Shown in pieces: positions 13,016-25,200 of a stretch of DNA of 64,000 nucleotides. This DNA comes from Balanoglossus misakiensis (taxonomy: Eukaryota; Animalia; Hemichordata), in the NCBI GenBank assembly GCA_040954595.2, contig CM082577.2, positions 9,015,846 through 9,079,845 of the forward strand. Direction: 5' to 3'. Each line of letters opens with the position of its first letter. Position 1 is the stretch's first letter. Under the pieces are notes generated by a model, which did no database searches, had not been told where the DNA came from, and saw only the letters and a list, made by a program, of their open reading frames with translations. The position numbers were made by a program, and so were the translations under genes.

Positions 13016-13312
13016 GTTGACAAAATTTGACCTTTCACCCAGGTCACCACTCTGGGCCAATGAAATCAACCTCGGAGTTTGCGATAATTTACTTCCGCGT
13101 TTCGAACCGAAGAAGTGGAATTGGGCAGGTCTCCAAAAACGACTTCTTGGTACGACGAACTCTGGAGATAACTTTTCTTTATACTAGAAAAAACCTAAAG
13201 CTACGATCCCATGGTTGTTGTTACTTAAAACTCAGGCACGTGCAAACGAGGAAAAGTGTGATGACTGTGGAATCGTAGCATTGTATATCGTAAACCCACA
13301 CCAACCTGCAAA
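13016..13312. promoter_or_regulatory. Probable bidirectional promoter of CIAO3 and CYBC1
   Basis: Only 297 bp separate the divergent ATGs (13015 on -, 13313 on +). An ETS-like ACTTCCG lies at about 13091. Confidence 0.65.
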
Positions 13313-15766
13313 ATGACTTACATGAATGTTTTTTGCAAAACGGACGAAGTTTTGCATCTGTCCAGATCACCCAGTGTGAGATCGTGGAGTATTTTTGTTG
13401 GTAAGTGCGTGCAGTGAGTTTATAGGTCAAACACTGATGTTGTACAGTGCACTGCAGCTGTCTCATGTGTTTCATACCTTTATTGTTAGTGTATACATGG
13501 TATTTTGTAAATTGTATGACAGTCCTTTCAGGTGGACGGAGCCTGTTTGTATGATGGAATGCAGTTCCTGTGCTATGTGTTTTCTAGCCAGACGTATCTA
13601 GATTTGGTGGATCATGAATGTGATGAAATGTGCCATGGTTGCCTCTGACTTTTTATCAGGAAAAGATGAAGTGCTTAGTTCTAGTATGATTCCTGACTGA
13701 TAAATAAATTTTCCGAAGTGGTACTAAAATGTGACAACATTTAATAAATGTAATATTATAAAGATCATGCATCATATTTTGGGACAATCTGCACAATTAC
13801 ATAGCTTTACTAATACTAGTTTGCTATACTATTCTTCAATATATTGTTTTGTCACCAAGTATCTTTAAACTATAAACAGAAATTGAGAATGCAGAATGAA
13901 GATGAAATGTGTTGTATGTAAGGCACAATATAAATGCATAATATAGGGCGAGCTCTATTTATCTGACTGAAGGTCAAATTAAATGTATCAGTCACTGATA
14001 ACACCCCTTTTTAAACAGCGCCCCGTTGTTCAAACTGAGAGATCCTTTTGTTTTTGTTAATCTTGACTCGCGTGCCTGTGCTGTCTCCAGTGACCAGTGT
14101 TATTGCTTTGTAATTCAGCTTATGCCGTGACCTACTCTATTGCGTACAATGAACTATGACTTACAGACTATAACAGTACTCTGTTTTTTATGATTTTCTT
14201 ACCAGCCATTGTGTCAGTTGGCATCGGTGCTGCATATTTTAGTACAGATGGTTATTTATGGAGCCTCACATACATACTTGGCTGTATAATCATTGCCACT
14301 ACAAACCTTGAAGAATGGGAAGTAAGTATGAAGACGTGTATGGCCCTGATTTGTAAAATCTCTGTGTGTCTGTGTCTGTCTGTCTTGCAAGTACATGGAA
14401 TAAATCACACAAAGAACTTATTTCCAGATGTTTGGTGTAAACACTGCATATTCAATATACCAAATGTTTCTGTTCCTCAGGACTGCATATTCAGCAAAGT
14501 GACAGGTGAAGTCCGGATGAAGAAATTCAACTTGATGCACAAAATCATCTTGCCATTTAAAGAACAGAGAGAAGGTCAGGAGAATTACAGGAAATAAAAC
14601 TACATTCTTTCCACCCATCAGCATGCAAGTAGAATGGGGAATATTGTAGTCATGTTCAATACAGCAAAATGTGAAGTGTGGATGGGATTAAGGTCAACCT
14701 GTTAAGGTGGCATTGCATGAAACCGTCGAGGCTATTTGTTAAGCTGTGGACTCATTCAGAAAAGTGCTATTTTTACGTGATTATGCACCATTTCCGCCAA
14801 GACGTATTAGTCAGGATGTGGATCAGTACTAGACTTACCGATTTATTTAAAAAAGTCAAAGCTCTTTCAGAACTGAACATTACAGTTCTCATTCTGGTGT
14901 CAGTTCATCTTACATCACTCTACCTATGTTTTTCACTATCATTGGCAGTGGTTTGCGGACTCTCGGACATCATGGCAGTCAAAGTTGAAGAGCAAGAGGT
15001 CAAATATTCTGGCAAAGGTTACCGCATAGTGTTAGTGTGTGCCTCTGGCTTCTCAATGGGCGTCACTGATGTGTGTACAATGACCGACAAAAGGTTAGGA
15101 TTTGTAATTAAATTGACGATGTTTCTTTCATTTCTATTACGTCAACCTTCAGATGTAAAAAAAAGTGTCAGTAAGAAATCTTTTCAGTAATTATTATTAA
15201 AGGGTTTAAATCTTTCCCATATATACATTTGGAGTGAAGATGGTCAACATTTTGAACATGTCAAAACCATACTACAGTTCTGGTTGTGTTAACCCACACA
15301 TTTATTTAGATTCCGATGAAGGGTTGAAACCATATTAAATGTTGTGTATTTTTCCCGCTGGTCAGTCAAGGTAAATCATTGTTTTCTTCGTGGCCTTATG
15401 TGCCAAGATGCAGCTTGTGAGAGTCCTAGACCGTACTAGAAATTGATGCTTTGAATCAACGTGGTCTCATTCTTGTTTATTTTCACTACAATATCACGAC
15501 CAAATCAAATTTATGACTGACGTTGGTTTTTTAATCTTTCCAGTGAGCACGATGCTCTGTGCAGTCTCATCACCTCGTTCCTCGGCCTCGAAAATGTCTC
15601 TGATAACATGGGCTATGACGATGAAGACGAGGACGACGATGAAGAAGACGATGATGACGTTGACGACTATGGATGTTCCTCGTCCAATTCTAGCGACATC
15701 AGCAGCGAGGGACTAGATGAGCCAAAAATAAGTAAATTTGTCCGAGAAGATGAAACGATGCCCTGA
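13313..15766 (+). CDS. CYBC1: Cytochrome b-245 chaperone 1 (EROS / C17orf62), NADPH-oxidase chaperone homologue
   Basis: Exons 13313-13400 (MTYMNV..LHLSRSPSVRSWSIFV), 14206-14321 (IVSVGIGAAYFSTD..GCIIIATTNLEEWE), 14481-14574 (DCIFSKVTGEV), 14949-15093 (VKVEEQEVKYSGKGYRIVL..ASGFS) and 15544-15766 (LITSFLGL plus acidic tail). These are collinear with remembered human EROS motifs (RSWSLLVG, AAYYS, QNLEDWEEAIF, VEEEKVRYFGKGY, LITSFLEL). The ORF track shows only fragments. Confidence 0.9.
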
Positions 15767-18512
15767 TGCAGTCACGGAGCGAGTCCCAAATGTGACATTA
15801 GACTTTGATAATGCAGGCACAGCCCTGTACTGTTTTACACTGTTATAGTCATTATCATCTATAGAGCAATACGACGAATATTCACAACCCATAATCATGA
15901 TTGCATGTCCAAGCAAATACTTCAAACAGACATGCAGGAATGTACGCTATCAAACATTTTTTTAAATCTTTCTCAGTGTCTTCCCTCCTCTACTGTCTAT
16001 GGTACAATTCACGGTCAGACACTGTAAGATATGGGAAGCTCAAAGCATACAACTGGCCAACCAGGATATGGCATGGCTGATAGATACATTTGAAAGAAGT
16101 CTTTTGTGAAAATGATGTTTTTTTTATATAAAAAAATACAATTTAAATGAAATGGAACTATGCTAAAATTGAATTTAGTTTGTACTTATATTAAGATGTG
16201 ATAAACAGAAGTTTCTGGTGAGCTGGATGACATAGTAATGATTTTTTTTTATTAATGACAATGGATCAAAATGTGATACATTAGAAAAATACTGTACCAA
16301 CCATTATGAACATATTAAAGAGACACTTGCTGTAACTTTCAGCTTTTTTGCGTTTTTTTTCTGTTTGTACATTTTAACCTAGTCTCTGCGAGAACTTTAA
16401 ACGTGGTTCTGGCAATTTGTTTCATTTTATTAGTATTTTCATGCATATTAGCATACACGCTGGAATAATATGAGAGGATATGTTGAAGTACGAGGGTCGC
16501 AAAGTATGCCCACACACTCAACTTGTCCGACCCAGCATCTTGTCCGGACAGTACCCCCATCTGTCGACTGGGACATAAATGTCGATAGAGTGTGACAGGG
16601 GTCGGACAATTTGGTGTAAATGAGAACGCCACTTATGTTTTGTTTGGGGGAGCTCATATTTTAATATATTTGAATTATCAACACACTGGTTTGTCTGGAA
16701 GCCTTATATTTATATTTCGATATCTCCAGTCCCGGATAGATGATACCGCCCGTTTTGTAAACAAACGAATGACATCACGTGCTCCTGCCCGGCCCCGGTA
16801 CCATTCTGATACCACACACACCATAGCGGCCATAAATGTGCGCCTGTAACATTTGGAAAAAAAGTGCATCGACATCATTGTATTATCATCGTCATTTATC
16901 CGACCTCTACGATCTAAACAAAAACGGAAAAACAAAACATTTCTAACACCTGGAACTTTTCGCGATCTGACGCAATTCAGGATCGAGTAAAGTGTGCCGC
17001 GCCAAAATTGGTCCATTTTCATGGTTGTCGTGGTCACGACATCAATCGGAAAAATTATCTATACCAATACGATGTTGAATATTTTATGACCTGATATATT
17101 GACATATTCAAGTTGATACTAATATACGATGCGTGTTGTCTTATCTTCGTAACCTTTGGTCTGGAAAGATTCATCATGTGTAAATGAGTAACTTTTTGCG
17201 TCAGAATTTGATATGTCAATGCGTGGACTCTGTCATATAGATGATAGTCTTCTATTTAGGTTAAACGTTAACCGGTCCATCGCGTTCATAAATTAGCCAG
17301 TTAACCGGTACATCTCCTGCACAGCCGCCTTCTGTGTACACTAAGGACAGAAAAAACTCGGATACTTCTACACATTTGCGACATATGCACTGCTCCGGGC
17401 GGTGAGACAACGTTTTTATCACCTTGAGAAGGACATCAGACTGTGATCGACGGGTTTCTCGTGAGTACATTGGAGCCAATTGGAATTTTCCACCACTGTA
17501 CATGTGGTTTGTTGTTATCTCCCAAAGCCTTGAATAGTGTTGCGTATTCATTCGTTGCTCCCGGCTACCAGACTCGTGATATATTTACTGTCTAAGGACC
17601 CATCGTGACCCTAAACTCGGTGCGTTTCACTTTGTTTAATGGTCTTTTTAAATTTCTGTACTCTTTTCATGTGTAACTTCTAAGTCCGAAAAGTCACGTT
17701 TGTTTGTTTATCGCCTTGAACGTGTCTCCGTGCGTTGGTGGGTTCCATCGTCATACATTAACCCAACTTGCTCATAAAATAGTTGATAAATTTGTTTTAA
17801 GTTGAATAGTCGGCGTCTGAATTACAAGTCATGACTTGGTTACTTGTTACAGTTAAAGGCATGTTGTCGATGATATTGATGATATGTTCAGTTTTCGTCA
17901 CATGATCTGTGATTCACTTTTCCAGTAACGCCCTCTTGCCAGATCATCACGTAACTTGTCCATCTGGCCCCCACACCGTTATCTTTGGCGACGTGGATAG
18001 ATTATATGAAAAGTACAGGATAATCTAATTACTAATGCACTGTGGCTGTACCGTTAACGATTGATCTTGCGTATCAAAGTATACTTTTTCGTCATCCGTA
18101 TGAGTCTGTATTGTTTGCTAAAACGGCAAGTACTCCGATCCACTCCGAGTCGTCACCATATTTTGCACGTGCGACACCCTTGAAATTCTTGACGATGCCG
18201 GCTTAAAGTTTGTATACATACTGGCTGTGTTTGCAAGCAAAACATTGGGCATTTCGTCATACTTTCGACATTGCCATTTTCTTCTGCTGTGTTTCTTGGA
18301 AATTTTAAGTCTGTCACATTGCCGTTTTTACACTTGAGTTAGATAAACCCAATAGGAGTAACTTTTCTAAAAGAATTATGATAACTACGTTGTTTTTGTC
18401 TTATTTTGGATGCATTTCGAGTATGTTAGATTTCGCAGAAACTATACTACAGCACGTGATGATTATTATGTTTTACCCATAGACAACCCATCCCTCACTG
18501 ACGAATAAATCA

Positions 18513-21170
18513 ATGATAATGACGACGTTTCAACGCAGTCTTTTTATCTTCGTGGCGATCTCGTCAATATGCTGTGTACATTCAGCCAGCAACCAAGGTT
18601 GGTACTGCTATAAACTACCTCTTAACATGGTATCAGATTAATATGTAAAATTACACTTAAATAAAAATCACATTAATGAATATACTGCTGCAAATAGGTC
18701 GCAAGAACTATTCCACCGTTCGTCTGCACAGTTTGATCTTACTAATATGCACTTATCAAAGCAAGTTAGCAAAACTCCGACTTCAGGTATAAGCCTTACC
18801 TGTTCAATATAACATTATTGGATTTTGACACTGTCAGACTACAAATTGGACGTGATTCCATTGTCGAAATCCGTTAAACATTAAAATTTTCTCGTCACGT
18901 TATCAATTTCATTTGACCTTCCTCCGTAAATTCCACAAAGGGGTACAACCCCGACGATACTTTGTAATACTGGGAGTGAAATAAATGGCTTCATTGCTTT
19001 AACCTTGTGACTCTGTAAATGAAGGTGGCAGTACTATAACTGTTATCGGACATTTTGTGAATTCAAACTTCCAATACGTTTGCCAAAGTGGGAAATGCAA
19101 CAATTTGTGTCGTTTGGTGGATTCTACCCATGATCCAACAGCGTTATCCATTGGCGCCATTGGTACGCAGCATTGGGAGTTGTTCAAGTTTCCAGGTGGT
19201 GAGCTTGCGTAATGTGACAAGTCGGTTATCAGTGATTTATTGGTGACATAATTTCGTCGCTACTTATAAGTACATGAGCGATGATTGGTCATCGATTGTG
19301 CACCAGAAAGACGCGCGAAGATGTTCTCCCTGAGTGTACTGTTGACCAACAAAGTTAAAGTTTATTCATATAAACGTGGCATAAAGAGTTTGGCTCCATT
19401 TTCCTTTCTTCGCTTGAGATCGTCTGCAACAATTTAATAGTGGATCAACAAATTCTGCAGTGAGAGTTTAGTTTAGAAATAGGTAGCGTTTCAGCCAGCG
19501 GGGGTATCACACCACTTTACCTAAAATGTATTTACTACAGTAGTACGCACCCCCGGGAGAGACATTATACACCATGAGGGATTCCCGTAAATCATTTCAG
19601 TTGTAATGCAAGTCATGCAATATAGGCCTGTATTTCTACATTCACACGTGCCTGACTTCACCAGAATTCCAGAGTTGGACCTGTGAGTCTCAAATGGAAT
19701 TCCGTTTTACCTTTCACAGAGTGTGGCCAGACGTTATTAGCAACCAGCAGCGAGTCTGGTGTTCTGTCATTGTCAAGGTTGGCGGATGGCGCCACCAAGT
19801 GGTGCAAGTACACCATCGAAAGTGACCAACCTGACCACCGCCTTCGCCTGGATTTTATGTACCAAACAACCATGACAGACCCCGACGATAGAATTATCTT
19901 GTATGACGGATCGCTATCAAAAGTACTTGGTGTCTTTTCTTTTTACTCGTATCCAAGATCGGTAGTGTCAACTTCAAACAGGATCATCCTGGAATACAAC
20001 CAGGCAGATTTTGGAAATGAACAAGCAGACACAGTTGAATTTGCAATCAGATATTCTCCAGGTAAGTTAAATGTTGATTCTTACTATTGTCTGTCTATAT
20101 GGGCCATGATTAGGTCTATTGACAACCAAGTGCTTTGAAACAAATGAATTCCTTGAGCGGGTAGATAAAATAACTCAATCTTTTCTTCAGGTTTACAAAG
20201 TCTAGAGAAAGTGCTGAAGTCGTTGAATTCTCACATTCTTTCGATTACGTGACGTCACCGTGTTTACCCTGCAACTGGGGACGGCGCGGTGTAGCGAAAC
20301 ACGTAATGTTTACAACCTGGGATAATATATATATTTTGCATTAATTAACACATAGACGCGTTTATATTTTCTAATACCAGTGAACAAAGAAAACGAGGCG
20401 GAACCAACGTGCGAAGAAGAGCAGGCGGAAATCGCAACGCTGAAAACTCATCGTGATGCTTTGTATATATCGGTTATTGTGATCGGCAGTACGGGAGTTG
20501 TCTTGGTCGTTCTGTTGAGCCTGGCTATTCATTTGATCACCAACCGGGAAACGAAAATCAGAGGATACGCTGGAGGTAAGACTTGGCATGAATGGTTCAG
20601 TATAGCGAGAATATTTTTGGCACGCCAGGTGACGGCCTTTTATCATTTAAGGAGATCAGTGCCAAATCAAGGCAGGGGGCTGATAAAGAAGCGTTTCATA
20701 GCTAAGATCAACACATTGCCCAAAAATTATTTAATTAAAAGTGTATTGAATTCTGCTTCCGTTGAGACTGCAGTATTTGACTGCTTTGACAATCACAAAG
20801 AACATAGGACTTCAGAAAATGCATTCTAAAGTGCAAGCCTCTGCAATATATAAATATCGCCTATTGTCCTAACATAACACCGTCACCGTCCGACAAGCCA
20901 GGTTGGGATTGAAAAAATACGCGTCTCTCCCTGCTCAGTTGTCATTTTCTACTTTTATCTCTAACAGTGAGCCTGTCAGATCCATATCTGCTATTCTTGA
21001 ACGAATCAAAGAATGGTAAAGACAAAGGAAAGAAGAAAAGCGACGAAGATGCAGAGGACCCCACCGACCAAACAGCAGACGAAGAGGCTACAGACGCAAA
21101 CGACAACAAAGCATTTGAAGCCGACGAGATCACAGTCGAAGAGGGCGCTGTCGGCGGGGAAGAGAAGTAG
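18513..21170 (+). CDS. Uncharacterised type-I membrane protein: signal peptide, one divergent CUB domain, TM helix, acidic cytoplasmic tail
   Basis: Exons 18513-18597 (MIMTTFQRSLFIFVAISSICCVHSASNQ), 19720-20061 (phase 1-1 CUB exon: ECGQTL..SGVLS..WCKYTI..RLRLDF..DRIILYDG..VVSTSNRIILEY..FAIRY), 20381-20575 (TM ALYISVIVIGSTGVVLVVLLSLAIHLI) and 20968-21170 (DPYLLF, K/D/E-rich tail). All phase-1 junctions join in frame. Confidence 0.75.
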
Positions 21171-21183
21171 CGGAGCAAACTAC

Positions 21184-21278
21184 TTAACCCTTTCACCACC
21201 ATGGTTCAGTCCAAAACCTATTGTTTTCTACGGCAAGGCTGGGACCTCTAAAGAACGAACTGGGGGTGAAAGGGTTAA
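21184..21278. mobile_element. MITE family C, best-preserved copy (TTAA TSD, CCCTTTCACC TIR; piggyBac-like)
   Basis: TTAA-CCCTTTCACC...GGTGAAAGGG-TTAA. Other copies at about 4945, 44095 (partial), 44895 and 62930 (partial). Confidence 0.75.
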
Positions 21279-22252
21279 AGGGCAAAAACAGCAGGTTTTC
21301 CTTTATGAAAATAACTGCCCACGCCGCGTTGACGACGTTAAACTGATAATAGTCGTATTTGGATAATTGTTAGAATTGCAGTTCAGAAGGCGACACAGAA
21401 GTACCGACAGAAATGATCAAACGTACTCTTATGTGAGCATTGAATGGCCTAAGATATGATATTTCAATTTCCCAGACATATTTTGTTTGTGTTATGAGCA
21501 TTGTGTAATTTTGAGAATAGGGCATTAGCGTTGAGCATATAGTAACGCCTACAAACTAGCGTTAGCTGACATCCTCAAAATCAATCACGGGATTACGGTA
21601 TGTCGTAAATGGCAACAGGTTAGTCTCTCATTCTCTCACAGTGGTCGGGCATGCATCATTCATTCTATCGATGAGGCAACTTTATCTTACACTCTTTTAA
21701 TTAAAATTGAAAATAAAAATGGGGTGTCACCGTGCAAAATTGTAAATGAGCGTGCATTTTTTTTCCAAATTGAAAATGGCCCCCAATCTATGTGTTAACT
21801 CAATGGACAAAACAATTAAAAGTAGTGATTTTTATGAAAACGATGAACAGCCATTTTTCTTCTGTATGTTCAAAATGACTCCCCACAATTGTTCACATTG
21901 CAAAGAATTGGGAAACTTGCAGTTGCCCAGCTGTTGTTCTGGCGTCTCATGTTTTTGACCATCCTGTTCTCGATCAGATTCCAACTTCCATCCCACTTGC
22001 ATGATATGAGAGTAAAAACTCACCCCAAATAAATAAATGGTAGCTAGACCGATCATTCATTTTGGCGTGATGTTGTCTACAAGCGGGATGGAAGGTGCGT
22101 GTGGTTGAACGTTGATTCACTACATATACACAATGTACATTAATATAAACGGTGTCTTGTATCAAACATAATTAATGGAAAAAGGGCAGCGAGAGAGAGA
22201 CTTTCTCCCCATAACCAGCGCCAGGTGGTGTGACTGCTAACTTGTACATTTG

Positions 22253-25200
22253 TTAATTTGTCCCCGTGATCATTGACATCATCTTCAACGCCATGTCTCC
22301 GGCATCTGCGGGTACCTACAGCAATATTGGGGAAACCAGAAATATCACACAGATTTTAACTCAAAATCCTTTGAAAAATGTACGTACGCCACACATTTCT
22401 CAGATTTCTTCTGAGAAATCAGTCATTGGTTATGAAGATCTTGATCATGAAGTTGACCACCCTATTACCGTTAAAGTAATGTTTTTTCCCATCACAAATC
22501 ATGTTGAGTTTTATGAAGGTGTAAAATCAGCAAGACTTGCGGCTCATAAGTTCCATTTTACTATGATAATAACTTTGCTGTTTAATACTAAAATGTGATT
22601 TGTGCCGACTACTACATGTAATATTAAAGATGCATTGTCTACAAACCGGAAAGCTGGCAAGCGCAGTTTCGGTGACTGTTGTCCAGCTGCAGTGACATCC
22701 GACCTTTAAACTTACCATGTGCCCTGCCTTCAATATCCAGTAAAACGAAAATGTTTTGTAAGATTTCGTAAACGCCGCCGTGTCCCCAGGCCGTCCGTCC
22801 ACGTACAGAGCCTTTCGGCGCGCCATGTTGAAGCTGCTCAGGCCATCCCATTTCAGTTTTTGCACCCAGGCTTCGGTACCTGAAATCAGTTTAATTTGCG
22901 GCCGGTGAATATTAAGGTGGATTTCTGTTAACAATGGCAGTGTCGTGATGAATTCTCATTCTAAGATATTTCCGTCTGCATAGGAAATTTTCGTCTGATC
23001 TCTCATTCGGGCGCGTTGGTAATGGGGAAGGCAAATTCGGAATTTTGAGCCTTCCAAAATTGCCGCTTCATGCAGAAACCTTGGTGGTCAAAGCGGATAA
23101 TGTGATAACATCGACAAATCAGAGTACAGAACGCTCACCGCAACATGGGCCAGGGTAAGCCCACCTGACCGATCACGACGAACAGGTGGTCGAAATCCAC
23201 CGATTGTGCCGATTGATTGATTGATCTACCAATTCTGTTGACAATCCTCAGGAGCAAACTGTCACCTGTCAGACAGGTCGTCTGATAGGCTAGCTTTACC
23301 ATTTATGGCAAAGAAGCATCGTGAGTCACGGCGGGAAAATGACATTTCACACATAATTTGAAGAAATGGTGCAAAACGTTGACCATACAACTTACCCAGA
23401 GCATCAACGATCAGATCAAGCTGGCCATTGTAGACAACTACGGACAGATTAGTAGTTGACAGCAGCTCGTCCACTGTTAAAAAGACAAAAAAAAACCGGA
23501 TGACCGCGAAAAGTGAAACAAAAATATTATTTGATATTTGGCAGTGTCGACATTACCATGGACTGTAATCTAGTAATGTATTGTGTTATCATAGTTTCAA
23601 CTTCACTGTTGAACCCATCATCATTTTCCGACGTACATTTGATTTGTAACGCCAGTACAGAACATGCAACGTCACTCTGTAAAGCACGCTCCAAGAACGG
23701 TCAAGAAACCTGCCTGAAAGCAGACGCACCTGTATCGATAACTGGTTTCATAAAGTCTTCTGCCTGGCTAGCAAACACCTCGCCTGACTGACCTGCCAGA
23801 TTGAAGTGAGGAACTAATTTTAAGGTAAGTTTTGATCACAGAAATCGCTCCATTATATGTGTCTTTGAGTGTTCATGTAAATATTTAGGTTTATTCAAAA
23901 ATGCTGTTTTAGGCACCAAGATGTCATTTGGCATGTTGAGAGTAAAATTTATCTACTGAAAAGATCTACGTGATACGAATCTTGTATTGAACCCTCAAAA
24001 TATAAGTACTGCAATAATTATTTAATGTTGAGTGATAGTCATTCAACTTGCCTCCCCACGTGACATTGTTCGGTATTCCAAGCTGCTGTTTGATTGGCCC
24101 GTTCATCAGCTCCGACAGTGCGTCATTCTGCTTGTGCGCGACATGTCTGTGAAACAGCGAATCTGAAAGAAAACGGGTTCAGCTGTGTGACTCTGTGGAA
24201 CGTGTTTGGCGACGTTCAAATTGTACAAAATTGAATTCATCTTCGCGAAAGTATAAATTAGAAAACAATGAGTCATCCTCGCTTTCACGACCGGAACTGA
24301 TTGTGCAAGGAACCAACCTCTACCCCTTCTAACCACGGACCATTGCACAGTATCGAAAAGATGCCCCACTGTTTTTCTTAAACGTTTAAAATATAGAATA
24401 TATATGTTTTCCTTACTCAGGTACGCGGAGCCCAATACTTGTTTGAAAATTCCATTCTGGCCATCAGCGTTGTGTTGCAGTATGTTGTAGAAATTTACAT
24501 TGTCGGTGTTCTGCAAGTACGAATGTAAAAGGTTATTCCGCTATGTGATTTTGCTCAGTTTCAATAAAACTAATATTGAGTCCACCGTGGAACGGGATGG
24601 CAGCAAATGTGTATGCATTTTGGGTGGTGATTTCTGGTGTGAATATGGAAAACCAGCGTACGTTTTCGAGCCTTCGTGAGCTGTTTTTTTAAGAACTTCA
24701 AGTTAGGTTTCGATCTCCATTCAAACTTCCGTCTGTGGATTGTTAGGCAGGGGATATATTCCAATTGAAAGAACATTTTCTGATTGAACGTGGAACAAAT
24801 TGTGTCGTGTGGGAATTTGGCATGGAGTATTTGGGCGAAACACACAGCAGACTCAAAGCAGAACGTCCAATGGGATCTTGTGCTAATATTTCGTTTTGGC
24901 GACGAGGAAGTTGGTCGTTTCTTTTGTACCTTCAGAACGGGGAATGATTTATCGTAAACAACAACTGCACAGGTCACAGATTTTATCGTCTGTTGTTTCG
25001 CTTTGCCTTATCATTATCAGGATATGTGGAGTTCTTATATCCGGGATCGGGATAAATATAGCATTTTTCATTAAAAGGGGGAGGATTTAGACCTCTGACC
25101 TCCTCCACCACCCTCTCTGCTTCGTCCCAGTAATTAGTGGCCGCCTTCCACTGTCCCTGATCTACTGCATCCTGGCACTTCTTAGCGGCCTTGTTGACGT

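Noticed and set aside
18730-19220. Exon-like fragments in the CUB-TM first intron
   Set aside because: They are phase-incompatible or contain stops. The signal exon joins the CUB exon directly in frame.
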